Numbered from the whole stretch's first letter, positions 10,605-21,465 are shown. The stretch is 57,200 nucleotides of DNA, filler included, from Candidatus Desantisbacteria bacterium CG1_02_49_89 (GCA_001871075.1; 4 parts of 4 records of this genome joined end to end with filler, not necessarily neighbours in it); one strand, 5' to 3'. Notes: generated by a model from the letters alone, not told the origin. Numbers and translations are program-made.

Positions 10605-12314
10605 ATGCCCAAGAAATTATTCGGCGAAACCCTTATTGAAAAAAAAGTGATAACACAGGAGCAGCTCAATGCTGCTCTCGAGTCGTCGAAAAAACAGGGG
10701 GGGACCCTTGGCCAGGCGCTTGTAAAACTCGATTTTGTCAAAGAAGAAGTGATGAGCAGGGAGCTGAGCGAGTTTTACGGGATACCATACCTTAAACTGA
10801 GCGACTACGAAGTTGATTCCGTAGTGCTTTCCATAATACCCGAGGAACTTGTCCGTAAATACCAGGTCCTTCCGCTTGACAGGGTCGGCAAAACCATAAC
10901 GGTCGCAATCGCAGATTTCAATAACGTCAACGCACTGGACGAACTAAGGGCTGTTACCGGGTGCCAGATCATACCGCTTGCAGCCAGCGGGACCGAGATA
11001 ATCGCTGCCATAGAAAAATATTACAAAAAGGTGTCGCTTGAGGATGCGCTCAAGGACATGACCGCTGAAGAGCAGACACTTGAGATCAGCAAGACCGAGG
11101 AAGACCATGTCCAGGTAACAGAGCTTCAGGCAGCAGCGGAGGACGCGCCCGCGGTCCAGCTCGTAAACTATATCATAATGCAGGCTATCGAGGACGGCGC
11201 AAGCGATCTGCATATTGAGCCTTATGAGGATGAATTAAGGATAAGGGTTCGCATTGACGGCACGCTGTATGAGGTCCAGCCCCAGGCGCCCAAGAGGATG
11301 CACAGGGGCATGGTCTCCTTGATAAAGATCAATTCAAACCTTGATATTGCCGAAAGCAGGCTTGCCCAGGACGGCAGAATGAGGGTTCACCATAAGGGGA
11401 AAAACAGGTTCATAGACCTGCGCGTTTCAACGCTCCCCACGATATTCGGCGAAAAAGTCGTTATGCGGGTGCTGGACAAGACTATACTCGGTTATGATTT
11501 CCGCCAGCTCGGGGTTGAGGCTGAAGACCTGGATAAATTCGAGCAGGGTATGGACATACCGTACGGCATGATACTCCTAACCGGCCCGACAAGCTCAGGC
11601 AAAACCACAACAATGTATACAATGCTGAATCAGCTCAATTCAATAAAAGAAAATCTGATAACCGTGGAGGACCCGGTCGAATACCAGATATACGGGATAA
11701 ACCAGATGCAGATCAATCCTGATATCGGGCTCACATGGGACGTAGGGCTTCGGGCAATTCTGCGGCAGGACCCGGATACAATAATGATAGGAGAGATCCG
11801 CGATTTTGATTCCATTGAAATGGCCATAAAATCAGCGCTGACAGGCCACCTGGTGCTTTCCACGATCCATACCAATTCAGCATGCGCGACGATCAGCCGC
11901 CTGATAAACATGGGAGCAGAGCCGTTCTTGATCACGGCGTCGCTGACCATGGTTGTTTCCCAAAGGCTTATAAGGTCGGTCTGCCCCCAGTGCAAGGAAG
12001 AATTCAAACCCACGCAGGAAATTCTTGAAAAAGCGGGCATAAAGGCGGCAGAGGCAAAGAATATTACTTTCTTCAGGGGAACAGGATGCGATTTCTGCAG
12101 GAAATCCGGCTATAAGGGCAGGTCAGCGCTTTATGAGGTGCTTCTTCTTTCGAGGAAACTTAAGGAGCTTATACTTGAGGGAGCTACCCCGACAGTTCTT
12201 GAGGAAGCCGCGCAGAAAGAGGGATTCCGCACACTGCATGAAGTTGCTCTATTAAAGGCAAAAAGGGGCGTAACCACTCTTGAAGAAGCGATGAGCCTGA
12301 CGATGGGAGACTGA
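10605..12314 (+). CDS. PilB/GspE-family secretion/pilus ATPase, paralog 1
   Basis: MshEN-like N-terminus, ASDLHIEP, GPTSSGKTT, LRQDPD, TGHLVLSTIHTN, tetracysteine motif. Confidence 0.92.
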   Translation: MPKKLFGETLIEKKVITQEQLNAALESSKKQGGTLGQALVKLDFVKEEVMSRELSEFYGIPYLKLSDYEVDSVVLSIIPEELVRKYQVLPLDRVGKTITVAIADFNNVNALDELRAVTGCQIIPLAASGTEIIAAIEKYYKKVSLEDALKDMTAEEQTLEISKTEEDHVQVTELQAAAEDAPAVQLVNYIIMQAIEDGASDLHIEPYEDELRIRVRIDGTLYEVQPQAPKRMHRGMVSLIKINSNLDIAESRLAQDGRMRVHHKGKNRFIDLRVSTLPTIFGEKVVMRVLDKTILGYDFRQLGVEAEDLDKFEQGMDIPYGMILLTGPTSSGKTTTMYTMLNQLNSIKENLITVEDPVEYQIYGINQMQINPDIGLTWDVGLRAILRQDPDTIMIGEIRDFDSIEMAIKSALTGHLVLSTIHTNSACATISRLINMGAEPFLITASLTMVVSQRLIRSVCPQCKEEFKPTQEILEKAGIKAAEAKNITFFRGTGCDFCRKSGYKGRSALYEVLLLSRKLKELILEGATPTVLEEAAQKEGFRTLHEVALLKAKRGVTTLEEAMSLTMGD

Positions 12315-12345
12315 GATTAGCTGAAAGCTGAAAGTCCGAGGAAAA

Positions 12346-13905
12346 ATGAAGAAGAAGATGTTCGGCGAGATCCTTATTGAGAAAAAGATAGTTACTGAAG
12401 AACAGCTCAAGCAGGGCCTTGAAAATTCAAAAAAAGAAGGCGGGACGCTGGGGCAGGCCCTTGTAAGGATGGGGCTGGTCACTGATGACGACATGAAAAA
12501 GCATCTCAGTGATTACTACGGCGTTCCCTATGTTAATATCAAGGACTATGAAATAGACAAGGCCGCGCTGGCGTCGATACCCGAGAACCTTATAAGGAAA
12601 TACAGGGTTTTCCCGCTTGATAAGATCGGGAATAACCTTACCATTGCCACAACCGAGGTCACCAACGTCGTTATTTTTGATGAGCTGAGGATGGCAACCG
12701 GGTGCAACATCACCCCGATGCTCACCAGCGAACAGGACATAAACAGCGCGCTGGAAAAATATTTCGGTAAAAAAACAAGCATGGAAGACGCGCTCAAACA
12801 GATAACGGACCAGGAGCATGACATTGAGCTTCACAGGGATTCAGGGATAGAGCTTGATGTCGGCCAGATACAGGTGGCCGCTGACGAAACGCCTGTGGTA
12901 AAGCTGGTTACTTTCATAATCGGCCGGGCGGTTGATGACGGAGCAAGCGATATCCACCTTGAACCTTATGAAAAGGAATTCAGGCTGCGTTACAGGATTG
13001 ACGGCATCCTTTATGAAATAAAACCTCCTCCGCCGAAACAACTGCAGAACCCGATCATAGCCCGTATAAAGATCATGTCCAATATGGATATCGCGGAAAC
13101 AAGGGTTCCGCAGGACGGCAGGATCAGGTTGACAACCAAGGGAAAGATAGTGGATTTCCGCGTTTCCACTTTTCCCACTGTGTTCGGGGAAAAAATAGTC
13201 TTGAGGCTTCTGGACAAAGCAAACCTCCAGCCTGACCTTACCAAGCTGGGTTTTGAAAAAGAAGAGCTTGGCAAGTTCGAAAAAGCGATCGCCCAGCCTT
13301 ACGGCATGATACTTGTCACAGGTCCCACAGGCAGCGGCAAGAGCACCACGCTGTATTCAGTGCTTTCAACTTTAAACACATCCAGGGCAAACATTGTCAC
13401 TGTTGAAGAGCCTGTGGAATACCAGGTTAAGGGGATAAACCAGGTGCAGGTGAATGCCGGGATCGGCCTAACGTTCGCTATGGGCCTGCGCGCGATCCTG
13501 CGCCAGGACCCCAATATTGTAATGGTGGGTGAGATACGCGACCAGGAAACCGCGGAAATAGCCGTTAAAGCCGCACTTACAGGGCATCTCGTGCTCTCGA
13601 CCCTCCATACAAATGATTCGGTGGGGGCGATCTCCCGTCTCATCGACATGGGTATTGAACCTTTTCTTGTATCGAGCGCGGTTACGCTGATAGCGGCACA
13701 AAGGCTTCTGCGGCGCATATGCAACCAGTGCAGGGAAGCTTATACGCCCACCCCGAAAATGCTGGAGGATATAGGCATAAAGCCAAAACCCGGGGAGCAG
13801 ATACTATTCTACAAGGGAATGGGGTGCGACTACTGCAAGAATACCGGTTATAAGGGAAGGCTTGCGGTTTACGAAATACTTACCCTCAACAAACACCTCA
13901 GGGAA
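12346..13905 (+). CDS. pilB: PilB-like ATPase, paralog 2 (3' end cut by contig end)
   Basis: ASDIHLEP, GPTGSGKST, LRQDPN, GEIRD, TGHLVLSTLHTND, tetracysteine motif. Confidence 0.88.
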
Positions 13906-14005
13906 NNNNNNNNNNNNNNNNNNNNNNNNNNNNNNNNNNNNNNNNNNNNTTAATTAATTAANNNNNNNNNNNNNNNNNNNNNNNNNNNNNNNNNNNNNNN
14001 NNNNN
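13906..14005. other. Artificial contig spacer
   Basis: N-run with central TTAATTAATTAA (stops in all six frames); identical at three places. Confidence 0.97.
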
Positions 14006-14006
14006 A

Positions 14007-14846
14007 ATTGCTCAATTCAAATATGATGGCGATGGTCGCCGCATACGCTCGACGCACGACGCAGGACTTACGACGGTTAATTACATCTGGGACGGAATGA
14101 GTGAAATCCTGGAGACAGATGGAAGCGGTAATGTTGTAACCGAATACCTGAACGGAGCAGGGGAAATCCTTGGGAAGATAAGGTATCTGCCTTCAGGTAT
14201 AACCCAGAAGTACTATTATCTGCATGATGGATTAGGAAGTACCACTTACCTGCTTGACAATTACGGCAATATTGTCAATGCATACTACTATGAGCCATTC
14301 GGCAAATGCTGGAATGTAACTCATGACCCAGGGTACAACACAAGATTCACTGGGAAGAAATATGAGGAAGATTTCGGGTTGTATTATTTCTATGCCAGAT
14401 GGTATGATGCGGAAGCAGGGAGGTTTGTGGGGAGGGATCCGAAACGTGATTGGCCTAATTATATTTATTGTTTAGATAATCCGATTATATGCGTAGATCC
14501 CTATGGAATGGATGTTTACATATATAGAGAAGGAATACATATTGGTTTCGCTGTTGACAATCCTAAGGAAAAAGATAAAATAATATATTATGATTTCTAT
14601 TCTGGTGCATCAGAAAATGTTTTTAATGTATTTCTTGGAGGTCCTGGAAGAATATTTAGTGGGAATATTGAAAAAAATAGACTTACCTCTGAGAAACAAA
14701 ATGTTTTTGTAATTAAAACGGAGCCTTGGCAAGACCAAAATATATATTATATGGCTGAAGAGTCAACGAAAAATCCACCACGTTATGGTCTGCTTAGTTA
14801 TAATTGTACATCCTTTACACCCATTTACTGTACCAGTCTTAATTAG
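14007..14846 (+). CDS. RHS repeat-associated core protein, C-terminal fragment (5' cut by contig start)
   Basis: Frame open from 14007 (FKYDGDGRRI); YYLHDGLGST, YEPFG, RFTGKKY..GLYYFYARWYD..GRF..RDP, NPIICVDPYG. Confidence 0.9.
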   Translation: MAQFKYDGDGRRIRSTHDAGLTTVNYIWDGMSEILETDGSGNVVTEYLNGAGEILGKIRYLPSGITQKYYYLHDGLGSTTYLLDNYGNIVNAYYYEPFGKCWNVTHDPGYNTRFTGKKYEEDFGLYYFYARWYDAEAGRFVGRDPKRDWPNYIYCLDNPIICVDPYGMDVYIYREGIHIGFAVDNPKEKDKIIYYDFYSGASENVFNVFLGGPGRIFSGNIEKNRLTSEKQNVFVIKTEPWQDQNIYYMAEESTKNPPRYGLLSYNCTSFTPIYCTSLN

Positions 14847-14947
14847 AGTTTAGATGATGGTTTCTATGTTTTGTTGTAGTGTCTGGGCGGCGATTTTTTT
14901 CATTTCCTGCGCCGAATATTCCTCAGGCGTAAAATCGTTCTAAACAC

Positions 14948-17900
14948 ATGATAAAAAAATTGTTTAAATATTTTTGGGTGATAGTTGTAAGCGCGGTTAT
15001 CAACCTGGTTGTTTTTCCTGTTATCTGTAAGGCTGACTGGGTTGCATTCCGCGGCACTGCTGACCGTATAGGATACACATTGGAGGGGATTGAACTTCCT
15101 TTGAACCATGAATGGGACGAAGCCGTATTAATGCCCGGAGTAAGTTATTCTTCACCAGTTGCTGTAAACAGATCAGCGTGTATAGGTTCGCTTAACGGCG
15201 ATTTCTACTTTAGCTCGACAGAAACTAAAACAATAAAATTCAGCATACCCACCGAAGGAAGCATATATTCTTCCCCGATATTTTCTGACGGAACTGTGTA
15301 TATAGGTTCCGCTGACGGCTGTATCTACAGCATAGATAATAATTCCGGTGAAGTTAAATGGAAATTTAAAACAGGCGGGAATATCAACAGTTCTCCCGTG
15401 AAAGATGGAACCTTAGTATTTTGTGCTTCAAACGACGGCATTATATATGCCCTTAACGAATTAGATGGGAGTGTAGCGTGGACTTATGATATCGGCGACT
15501 ATATCTGGTCAAGTCCTGCGGTACAAAACGGCATCTTGTGCGTGGGGTCATATAATGGAATAATATATGCTATAAACACCGCAGACGGCTCTTTAAAATG
15601 GAATTATCAGACAGAGGGGCCTATAAGGTCAACACCTGCAATTGGCGAAGAAATAGTTTGTGTTTCTTCTTCTGATGGAAAGATATATGTATTGGGGAAG
15701 CCTACAGGTGCATTAGTTTATCCTGCCGTTAATTTGAATGAACCTATTTTATCTTCTCCGTCAATTGTTTCCAATTATATATATATCGCAACAAGAAACG
15801 GAAAGATGTACGCTATAGCCGACGGTATGATAATGTGGCAAGCCCCTATTGAGATAGGAGACCAGGACCATCCTGTTTATTCGTCTCCGGCAGTATGCGG
15901 TAGTTTTGTATTTATCGGTGGAACAGATGGAAAAATATATGCTTTCGACCGGCTTACCGGCGGTTTCCAGGGATCATACGATGTAGGTTCGCCAATCGAG
16001 TCTTCCATTGCCTGCTCGAGTCACCGCCTTTATTTTGGATCTGAAGACGGAAAATTTTGGGTTCTTGTCACTACTGATAATGACCCTCCTGTGTCAAATT
16101 TGTCCATAGGGTCACCAAAATACGTCTCGCCTGAAAATAATTTGTATGTAACAGGATCGACCCCGTTCGTGCTTGACGCTTCAGACGTGCTCTTAGGCTT
16201 AAGCTCAACCCACTATAGCATAACACACAAGGGCAGTTTTGACTACACATTTACAAACAAATGGCAAGCTTCAGGATATGGGTTGGCTGTTGACAGCATG
16301 AACAATATCTATATTGCTGATATTGTAGGCCAATGTGTAAGGAAATATTCCAGCGACGGGTCATTGTTAGCAACGCTTAATATATCCCTTACTGGAATGG
16401 GAATAGCAGTTGATGTGAACGGCAATATTTATATAAGTGCCGGTTTTGAAGGGCTTAAAAAATATGACAGCGCAGGCAATTATATTTCGACATTTGGCGC
16501 CGCAAACCGCGGTCCCTGCTATTTTGTGGCCGTGGACAATGAGGGTTACATATATGCGATATATACAACCAGCGACAGGATGATAACCAAGTTTACAAAT
16601 GAAGGCGTTTTTGTTAAGGATTGGGGCGGTCCCGGGCAATTCCTTGGCAATTTTGCAATGGGAATAGCGATTGATAGCAATCACAATGTCTATGTTGTTG
16701 ACTACTCCGGGAATCCATCTACGGATTCAGCCAGCAACCGTATCCAAAAATTCACAAGCGAAGGCGTTTTCCTGCTGAAATGGGGAGGATATGGCACAGA
16801 ACAAGGTAAATTCATAGATCCTACCTGTCTGGCAATTGACAAGGAAGACAATGTCTATGTAGTTGATAATGGCAATCATCGCATTCAAATGTTTGACTGT
16901 AACGGTGATTTCCTTGAATCCTGGGGTACCCTGGGCACCGAGGATGGACAGTTTATATTTCCCACAGGTATTGGGATTGATGATCAGGGTTGCGTCTACG
17001 TCTCCGATTATATAAACAATCGAATTCAGAAATTCACTCCTCAATCACAAACAAGAGAAGTATGGAAAACCTGCACTGTTCCCCGTAATATCACTTTGGC
17101 GAATGAGGGGATCAGAAGCGACGGGCAGTATCCTATTAAATACTACAGCATAGACCAGGTAGGTAACGCAGAGATAATGAAGACTCATGTTGTTATAATG
17201 GATAATGCTCCTCCCAAAACAGCGGTTTTATTCGGAGATCCGAAAGTATTAAAACAGATAGATGGCCAAACCTATGCTTTGATTGCCCCCGTAACAACTA
17301 TTTCTTTTAGCCCGTCGGATGGTTTGGAAGGTGCTTCATGCGGAGTTATGAAGACCGAATATAAGCTTGATGATGGCGAATGGATTACATATTCAGGACC
17401 GCTTACGGTATCATCAGAAGGCACGTATATTTTGTATTATTTTAGCCAGGACTTTCTTGGAAATACCGAACAGATTAATTCTGTTATTCTGAAAGTAAAT
17501 TACAATATACCTGAAATTTCGGTATCAGTAGAACCTTCTATGGTCACTAGCAATCAGGATGTGAAAATTACCGTGACTTCAGATAAACCACTAAATGAAA
17601 TGCCCAAGGTAGGAATAAGGCCTAATGGCTGGCTATTATATTACACAAGGTCCCCAGACGTTTATATGACAAAGATTGATGATTTTACATGGGAAGGATA
17701 TTATAGGGTCGAACCTCCTCATGCTGTAGAATTTAACGGATCTGCGGTTGTTGAAGTAAGCGCTGAAGATCTATTCGGTTTTGTAAGCAGGGCAAATGCT
17801 TCTTTTGTTGTCGATGTCCCGCCACAATACGATTCTATCTTTTTAAGTAATCTTTATGTCGTTCCAAATCCATTTAAGGCAAACCAGTTGCCTGTATCCG

Positions 17901-20710
17901 AAGGCATAATTACCCAGTATTTCACGATAAATAAGCCCACTAGCCGTATTAATGCTACTGCTTTTGCTCAATTCGGTGATGCTTCTGGTTCGCCCTTCCC
18001 GGGTTGGCCTTTACAATTTCCGACTCCGGTAGAGGCCGGTGAAAATTATGCACTATGGCAATTATCATCCGCCGATCAGGCTATATTAGATAGTATTTAT
18101 AGAATTAAAATACACGCAGAAGATGAAGTGACTGGATATACGGATGACAAAGCTTGTTTTTTTGTTACTATTCTTAGTGCGGCCATTGATCTTTCCGGGG
18201 TACAATACATAGTTCCTCAAAATGCGCAGCCAACAATAATTCCTCATAGATATTATGGCACAAATCTTCCTGGCGAAGATATGAATTTAGTAATTAAAAC
18301 CTCAGCATATCCATATAGCCCAGTTTCTTCCTGGTATGAAATTGGTCCAAGCGGCGCTGCATTTAGCCCGCCGGCATTGTTAACAATTCCTTATTGCGCA
18401 GAGTTTTTCCCTATAAGAGACCAGCTAAAAGTATGGTGCCATGATAAATCAACAGGCCAGATGACAATTATTCCAAATCAGGAACCGGATCCATATAAAC
18501 CTGAAATAAAGGTGTGGGTAGACCACCTGTCAGATTTTACTGTTTTAGCGCCAAAATCTATTTTACCTGCACTGGTTGCAGGTATAACATATCCTGATAG
18601 TGGAGGTTTTATAGGTGAAAAGATTGAAATTCATGGAACCGCTTCAGCATCCATGATGAATTATTATAGCTTAGAATATAAAGCACCTGCGGATACATCC
18701 TGGCAATTAATTTATCAAAAGAGCTTCTGCAAGATAGAATCAGGAGTATTGGGTGTATGGGACACAACCGATCTTAATGGGATTTATATTCTTCGTTTTA
18801 CAGTTGTGGATATTGGGTTAGATTCCTCTTCAACTGAAATTACGGTTAATATTGATAACATAATGCCCACCACAACCACCTTTACAATCGGCGATCCCAA
18901 GTATGATTATGGAAACGGAACGCCACTTGTTGTGACTTCCAGCACGCCATTCGTATTCAGCTCTCTTGATATTGGCGCTGTTCAGTCCGGTATAGCCTGG
19001 GTTGAGTGTTCGGTTGACAATGATACGTCTTGGATCGTAATTTCACAGACAGGCGAGGATACAATCACAGGTGCAAAGATGTCCACGTTCTTCATTCCGG
19101 ATACCTATCCTGACAACCAGCATACCGTCTATTACAGAAGCGTTGACAATGTTGGCAACCATGAGGATTCAAAATCAGTAACAATAATCCTTGACAATAC
19201 AAATCCAGTTGCCGCGCTGATTTATCCTTCAAAACATGATACAGGCATCTGCAAGGTAATAAACAGCAATACAGCCTCAATAATAGGAAATACAACTGAT
19301 ATTCACTTTTCTTCTTATAGGATAGAACTGAAGGCGATGAGAGACGGGGATACTCCTACGGACTGGATAACTATAAACGAAGCTGAATTGCAGAAAGAAA
19401 CTCAATCACTCGGAGTTTGGAACACAACCCAGTTCACCAAGAACAGGTGGTATTATATAAGGATTGTTTCAAACGACAAGGTGAATAACACTTTCATAGA
19501 TACTGTTTCAGTCTACCTTGGCGATCCTGAAGTTAAACTTGTATTCGGCGGTTATGGTTCTGACCCGGGTAAGTTAAAGTATCCCTACGGAGTTGCATTC
19601 TCTCCCACCCGGGAAGGGCCGGATAATTCAGGTTGCATCTTTGTTACAGATATGGATAATAATAGGGTGCAGAAATTCAGCCTTAACGGTGCATTCCTGA
19701 GTTCCTTTGGTACACAGGGCACAGGAAACGGCCAGTTTAACATTCCCACAGGCATAGCAATAGACCTTGAATCCTCTTGTTTATACGTGTCAGACAGGGA
19801 TAATGATCGCGTACAGGTCTTTGACCTGCAGGGCGGCTTCCTGCGCGCGTTTAACGGAGAAGCGTATAACAAGAAGCTTAACAAACCCGAAGGACTGGCT
19901 GTAGGTTTATTCTATACCTATTCAGGCACCGGTTGCACCACGACAAAGGCAGTATTTGTGGCAGACAGGAACAACGACAGTATTAAAATATTTGATACTT
20001 CAGGCGCATACCTTGCTCAGCTCACGGGTTTGAGCAAGCCTGAGGGAGTATATGTTGACAGCAATGGTTCCATATACGTCACAAAGACTAACGCAGATTC
20101 AATAGTTGTCTTCACTAATTCCCTTACCCCGACCTTAAGCGTTAATGAGTTCAACCACCCGAAAGGGATACTCTCAGACGGCAGATATATCTATGTATCT
20201 GACACCAACCACAGCAGGATCATCAAGTATAATACATACGGAAAGCAGCTTATGGAGTTTTCAGGACAGGATACGTCTCCCTTTAACAAACCTGTGGGCC
20301 TGGCAATAGATAATGAGGGGAATATGTTTATTGCGGACAGAGAAAACTCAAGGATAGTGAAGATTAGTGCTCCCACAGTAGACGAAACTATGGCAATGCG
20401 GATGTTCTCCTTACCCAGAGCAGCGATGACCATAAAAGATGCTTATGCCTACCCGATACCGTTCAAGCCCAATTCAGGCCTTGGCCACACAGTTATTAAC
20501 TTCAAGCTCTACTCAATCCTAAACGTTATCCTGCGAATCTACAATATTGCAGGGGAGCTTGTGTTTGAGCAGGCAGGCATAACCACAGATCCTTACGTCT
20601 GGAGCGTTGTCAACAACTGGAATGAGCCTGTTGCTTCAGGCGTCTATATCTACTTCCTGACAGATGATACGAGGGAAAAGAAGTTAGGGAAGATAGTGGT
20701 AATACGATAA
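14948..20710 (+). CDS. Large secreted protein: PQQ/BamB-like propeller, two NHL propellers, Ig-like modules, C-terminal FlgD/sorting-type domain
   Basis: Signal peptide; SSP..G.VY.GS.DG..Y repeats; P.GIA.D..G.VYV.D..N.RIQKF repeats; terminal YPIPFKP..IYNIAGELV..VASGVYIY..GKIVVIR. Confidence 0.8.
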   Translation: MIKKLFKYFWVIVVSAVINLVVFPVICKADWVAFRGTADRIGYTLEGIELPLNHEWDEAVLMPGVSYSSPVAVNRSACIGSLNGDFYFSSTETKTIKFSIPTEGSIYSSPIFSDGTVYIGSADGCIYSIDNNSGEVKWKFKTGGNINSSPVKDGTLVFCASNDGIIYALNELDGSVAWTYDIGDYIWSSPAVQNGILCVGSYNGIIYAINTADGSLKWNYQTEGPIRSTPAIGEEIVCVSSSDGKIYVLGKPTGALVYPAVNLNEPILSSPSIVSNYIYIATRNGKMYAIADGMIMWQAPIEIGDQDHPVYSSPAVCGSFVFIGGTDGKIYAFDRLTGGFQGSYDVGSPIESSIACSSHRLYFGSEDGKFWVLVTTDNDPPVSNLSIGSPKYVSPENNLYVTGSTPFVLDASDVLLGLSSTHYSITHKGSFDYTFTNKWQASGYGLAVDSMNNIYIADIVGQCVRKYSSDGSLLATLNISLTGMGIAVDVNGNIYISAGFEGLKKYDSAGNYISTFGAANRGPCYFVAVDNEGYIYAIYTTSDRMITKFTNEGVFVKDWGGPGQFLGNFAMGIAIDSNHNVYVVDYSGNPSTDSASNRIQKFTSEGVFLLKWGGYGTEQGKFIDPTCLAIDKEDNVYVVDNGNHRIQMFDCNGDFLESWGTLGTEDGQFIFPTGIGIDDQGCVYVSDYINNRIQKFTPQSQTREVWKTCTVPRNITLANEGIRSDGQYPIKYYSIDQVGNAEIMKTHVVIMDNAPPKTAVLFGDPKVLKQIDGQTYALIAPVTTISFSPSDGLEGASCGVMKTEYKLDDGEWITYSGPLTVSSEGTYILYYFSQDFLGNTEQINSVILKVNYNIPEISVSVEPSMVTSNQDVKITVTSDKPLNEMPKVGIRPNGWLLYYTRSPDVYMTKIDDFTWEGYYRVEPPHAVEFNGSAVVEVSAEDLFGFVSRANASFVVDVPPQYDSIFLSNLYVVPNPFKANQLPVSEGIITQYFTINKPTSRINATAFAQFGDASGSPFPGWPLQFPTPVEAGENYALWQLSSADQAILDSIYRIKIHAEDEVTGYTDDKACFFVTILSAAIDLSGVQYIVPQNAQPTIIPHRYYGTNLPGEDMNLVIKTSAYPYSPVSSWYEIGPSGAAFSPPALLTIPYCAEFFPIRDQLKVWCHDKSTGQMTIIPNQEPDPYKPEIKVWVDHLSDFTVLAPKSILPALVAGITYPDSGGFIGEKIEIHGTASASMMNYYSLEYKAPADTSWQLIYQKSFCKIESGVLGVWDTTDLNGIYILRFTVVDIGLDSSSTEITVNIDNIMPTTTTFTIGDPKYDYGNGTPLVVTSSTPFVFSSLDIGAVQSGIAWVECSVDNDTSWIVISQTGEDTITGAKMSTFFIPDTYPDNQHTVYYRSVDNVGNHEDSKSVTIILDNTNPVAALIYPSKHDTGICKVINSNTASIIGNTTDIHFSSYRIELKAMRDGDTPTDWITINEAELQKETQSLGVWNTTQFTKNRWYYIRIVSNDKVNNTFIDTVSVYLGDPEVKLVFGGYGSDPGKLKYPYGVAFSPTREGPDNSGCIFVTDMDNNRVQKFSLNGAFLSSFGTQGTGNGQFNIPTGIAIDLESSCLYVSDRDNDRVQVFDLQGGFLRAFNGEAYNKKLNKPEGLAVGLFYTYSGTGCTTTKAVFVADRNNDSIKIFDTSGAYLAQLTGLSKPEGVYVDSNGSIYVTKTNADSIVVFTNSLTPTLSVNEFNHPKGILSDGRYIYVSDTNHSRIIKYNTYGKQLMEFSGQDTSPFNKPVGLAIDNEGNMFIADRENSRIVKISAPTVDETMAMRMFSLPRAAMTIKDAYAYPIPFKPNSGLGHTVINFKLYSILNVILRIYNIAGELVFEQAGITTDPYVWSVVNNWNEPVASGVYIYFLTDDTREKKLGKIVVIR

Positions 20711-20744
20711 ATTTGGAGTCAGCCCCGATATAGAAAGTAATTTT

Positions 20745-20782
20745 AACCTCGGGGGTGAAGGATCTTTTACACCCCCGAGGTT
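20745..20782. repeat. REP-like hairpin
   Basis: AACCTCGGGGGTG...CACCCCCGAGGTT inverted repeat downstream of the large gene. Confidence 0.7.
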
Positions 20783-20836
20783 GGATTGGACAAGAAACAT
20801 TTTTAAAAACAGGTGATTGAAAGGACGGATAAAAGA

Positions 20837-21352
20837 ATGAAAGCAATTGTTCCGCAGGAAGAAGTTATCGAAAGAAAGATTTTTTTAATACGTGGGCACA
20901 GGGTTATGCTTGATAAAGATTTAGCAGGGCTTTATCGGGTTACAACGGGTAATTTAAATAAGGCTGTAAGCAGGAATATAGAACGTTTCCCCGAAGGGTT
21001 CATGTTCCATCTAACCAAAAAAGAGTTTAGAAACTTGATATTCCAAAATGGAATATCAAGTTGGGGTGGGACTCGTAAGATGCCCTATGTTTTTACGGAA
21101 CAGGGTGTAGCCATGCTTTCAAGCGTGCTAAAAAGCAAAAGGGCGATACAGGTTAACATTGCCATTATACAGGTATTCGTAAAATTGCGGCAAATCCTTT
21201 CCACCCACGTCAAGCTTGCTTATAAACTGAAGGAGCTTGAAAGAAAGATAGAAAAACACGATGAAGAAATAACGACAATTTTTGAGGCGATACGCCGGAT
21301 GATAGCCGCGGAAGAAAAACCGAAGGAAAAGATAGGTTTTAAAGTAGACTGA
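20837..21352 (+). CDS. ORF6N-domain DNA-binding protein
   Basis: IRGHRVMLDKDLAGLY, RNIERFP, PYVFTEQGVAMLSSVL, C-terminal coiled coil ending KIGF. Confidence 0.9.
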   Translation: MKAIVPQEEVIERKIFLIRGHRVMLDKDLAGLYRVTTGNLNKAVSRNIERFPEGFMFHLTKKEFRNLIFQNGISSWGGTRKMPYVFTEQGVAMLSSVLKSKRAIQVNIAIIQVFVKLRQILSTHVKLAYKLKELERKIEKHDEEITTIFEAIRRMIAAEEKPKEKIGFKVD

Positions 21353-21465
21353 TTTTAAGCGGGATGAGACAATAACCATTCTTGCATTCCTTCATTTTTA
21401 ATTTTACATTTTTAATTGAAAATTGCAACCGACTTTCAAACCACAATAAAAAACAGGAGGTTGAA

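Noticed and set aside
13906-14005. TTAATTAATTAA palindrome inside N-runs (also 29619-29718 and 43289-43388)
   Set aside because: Identical artificial linker; not biological, and synteny across it cannot be used.
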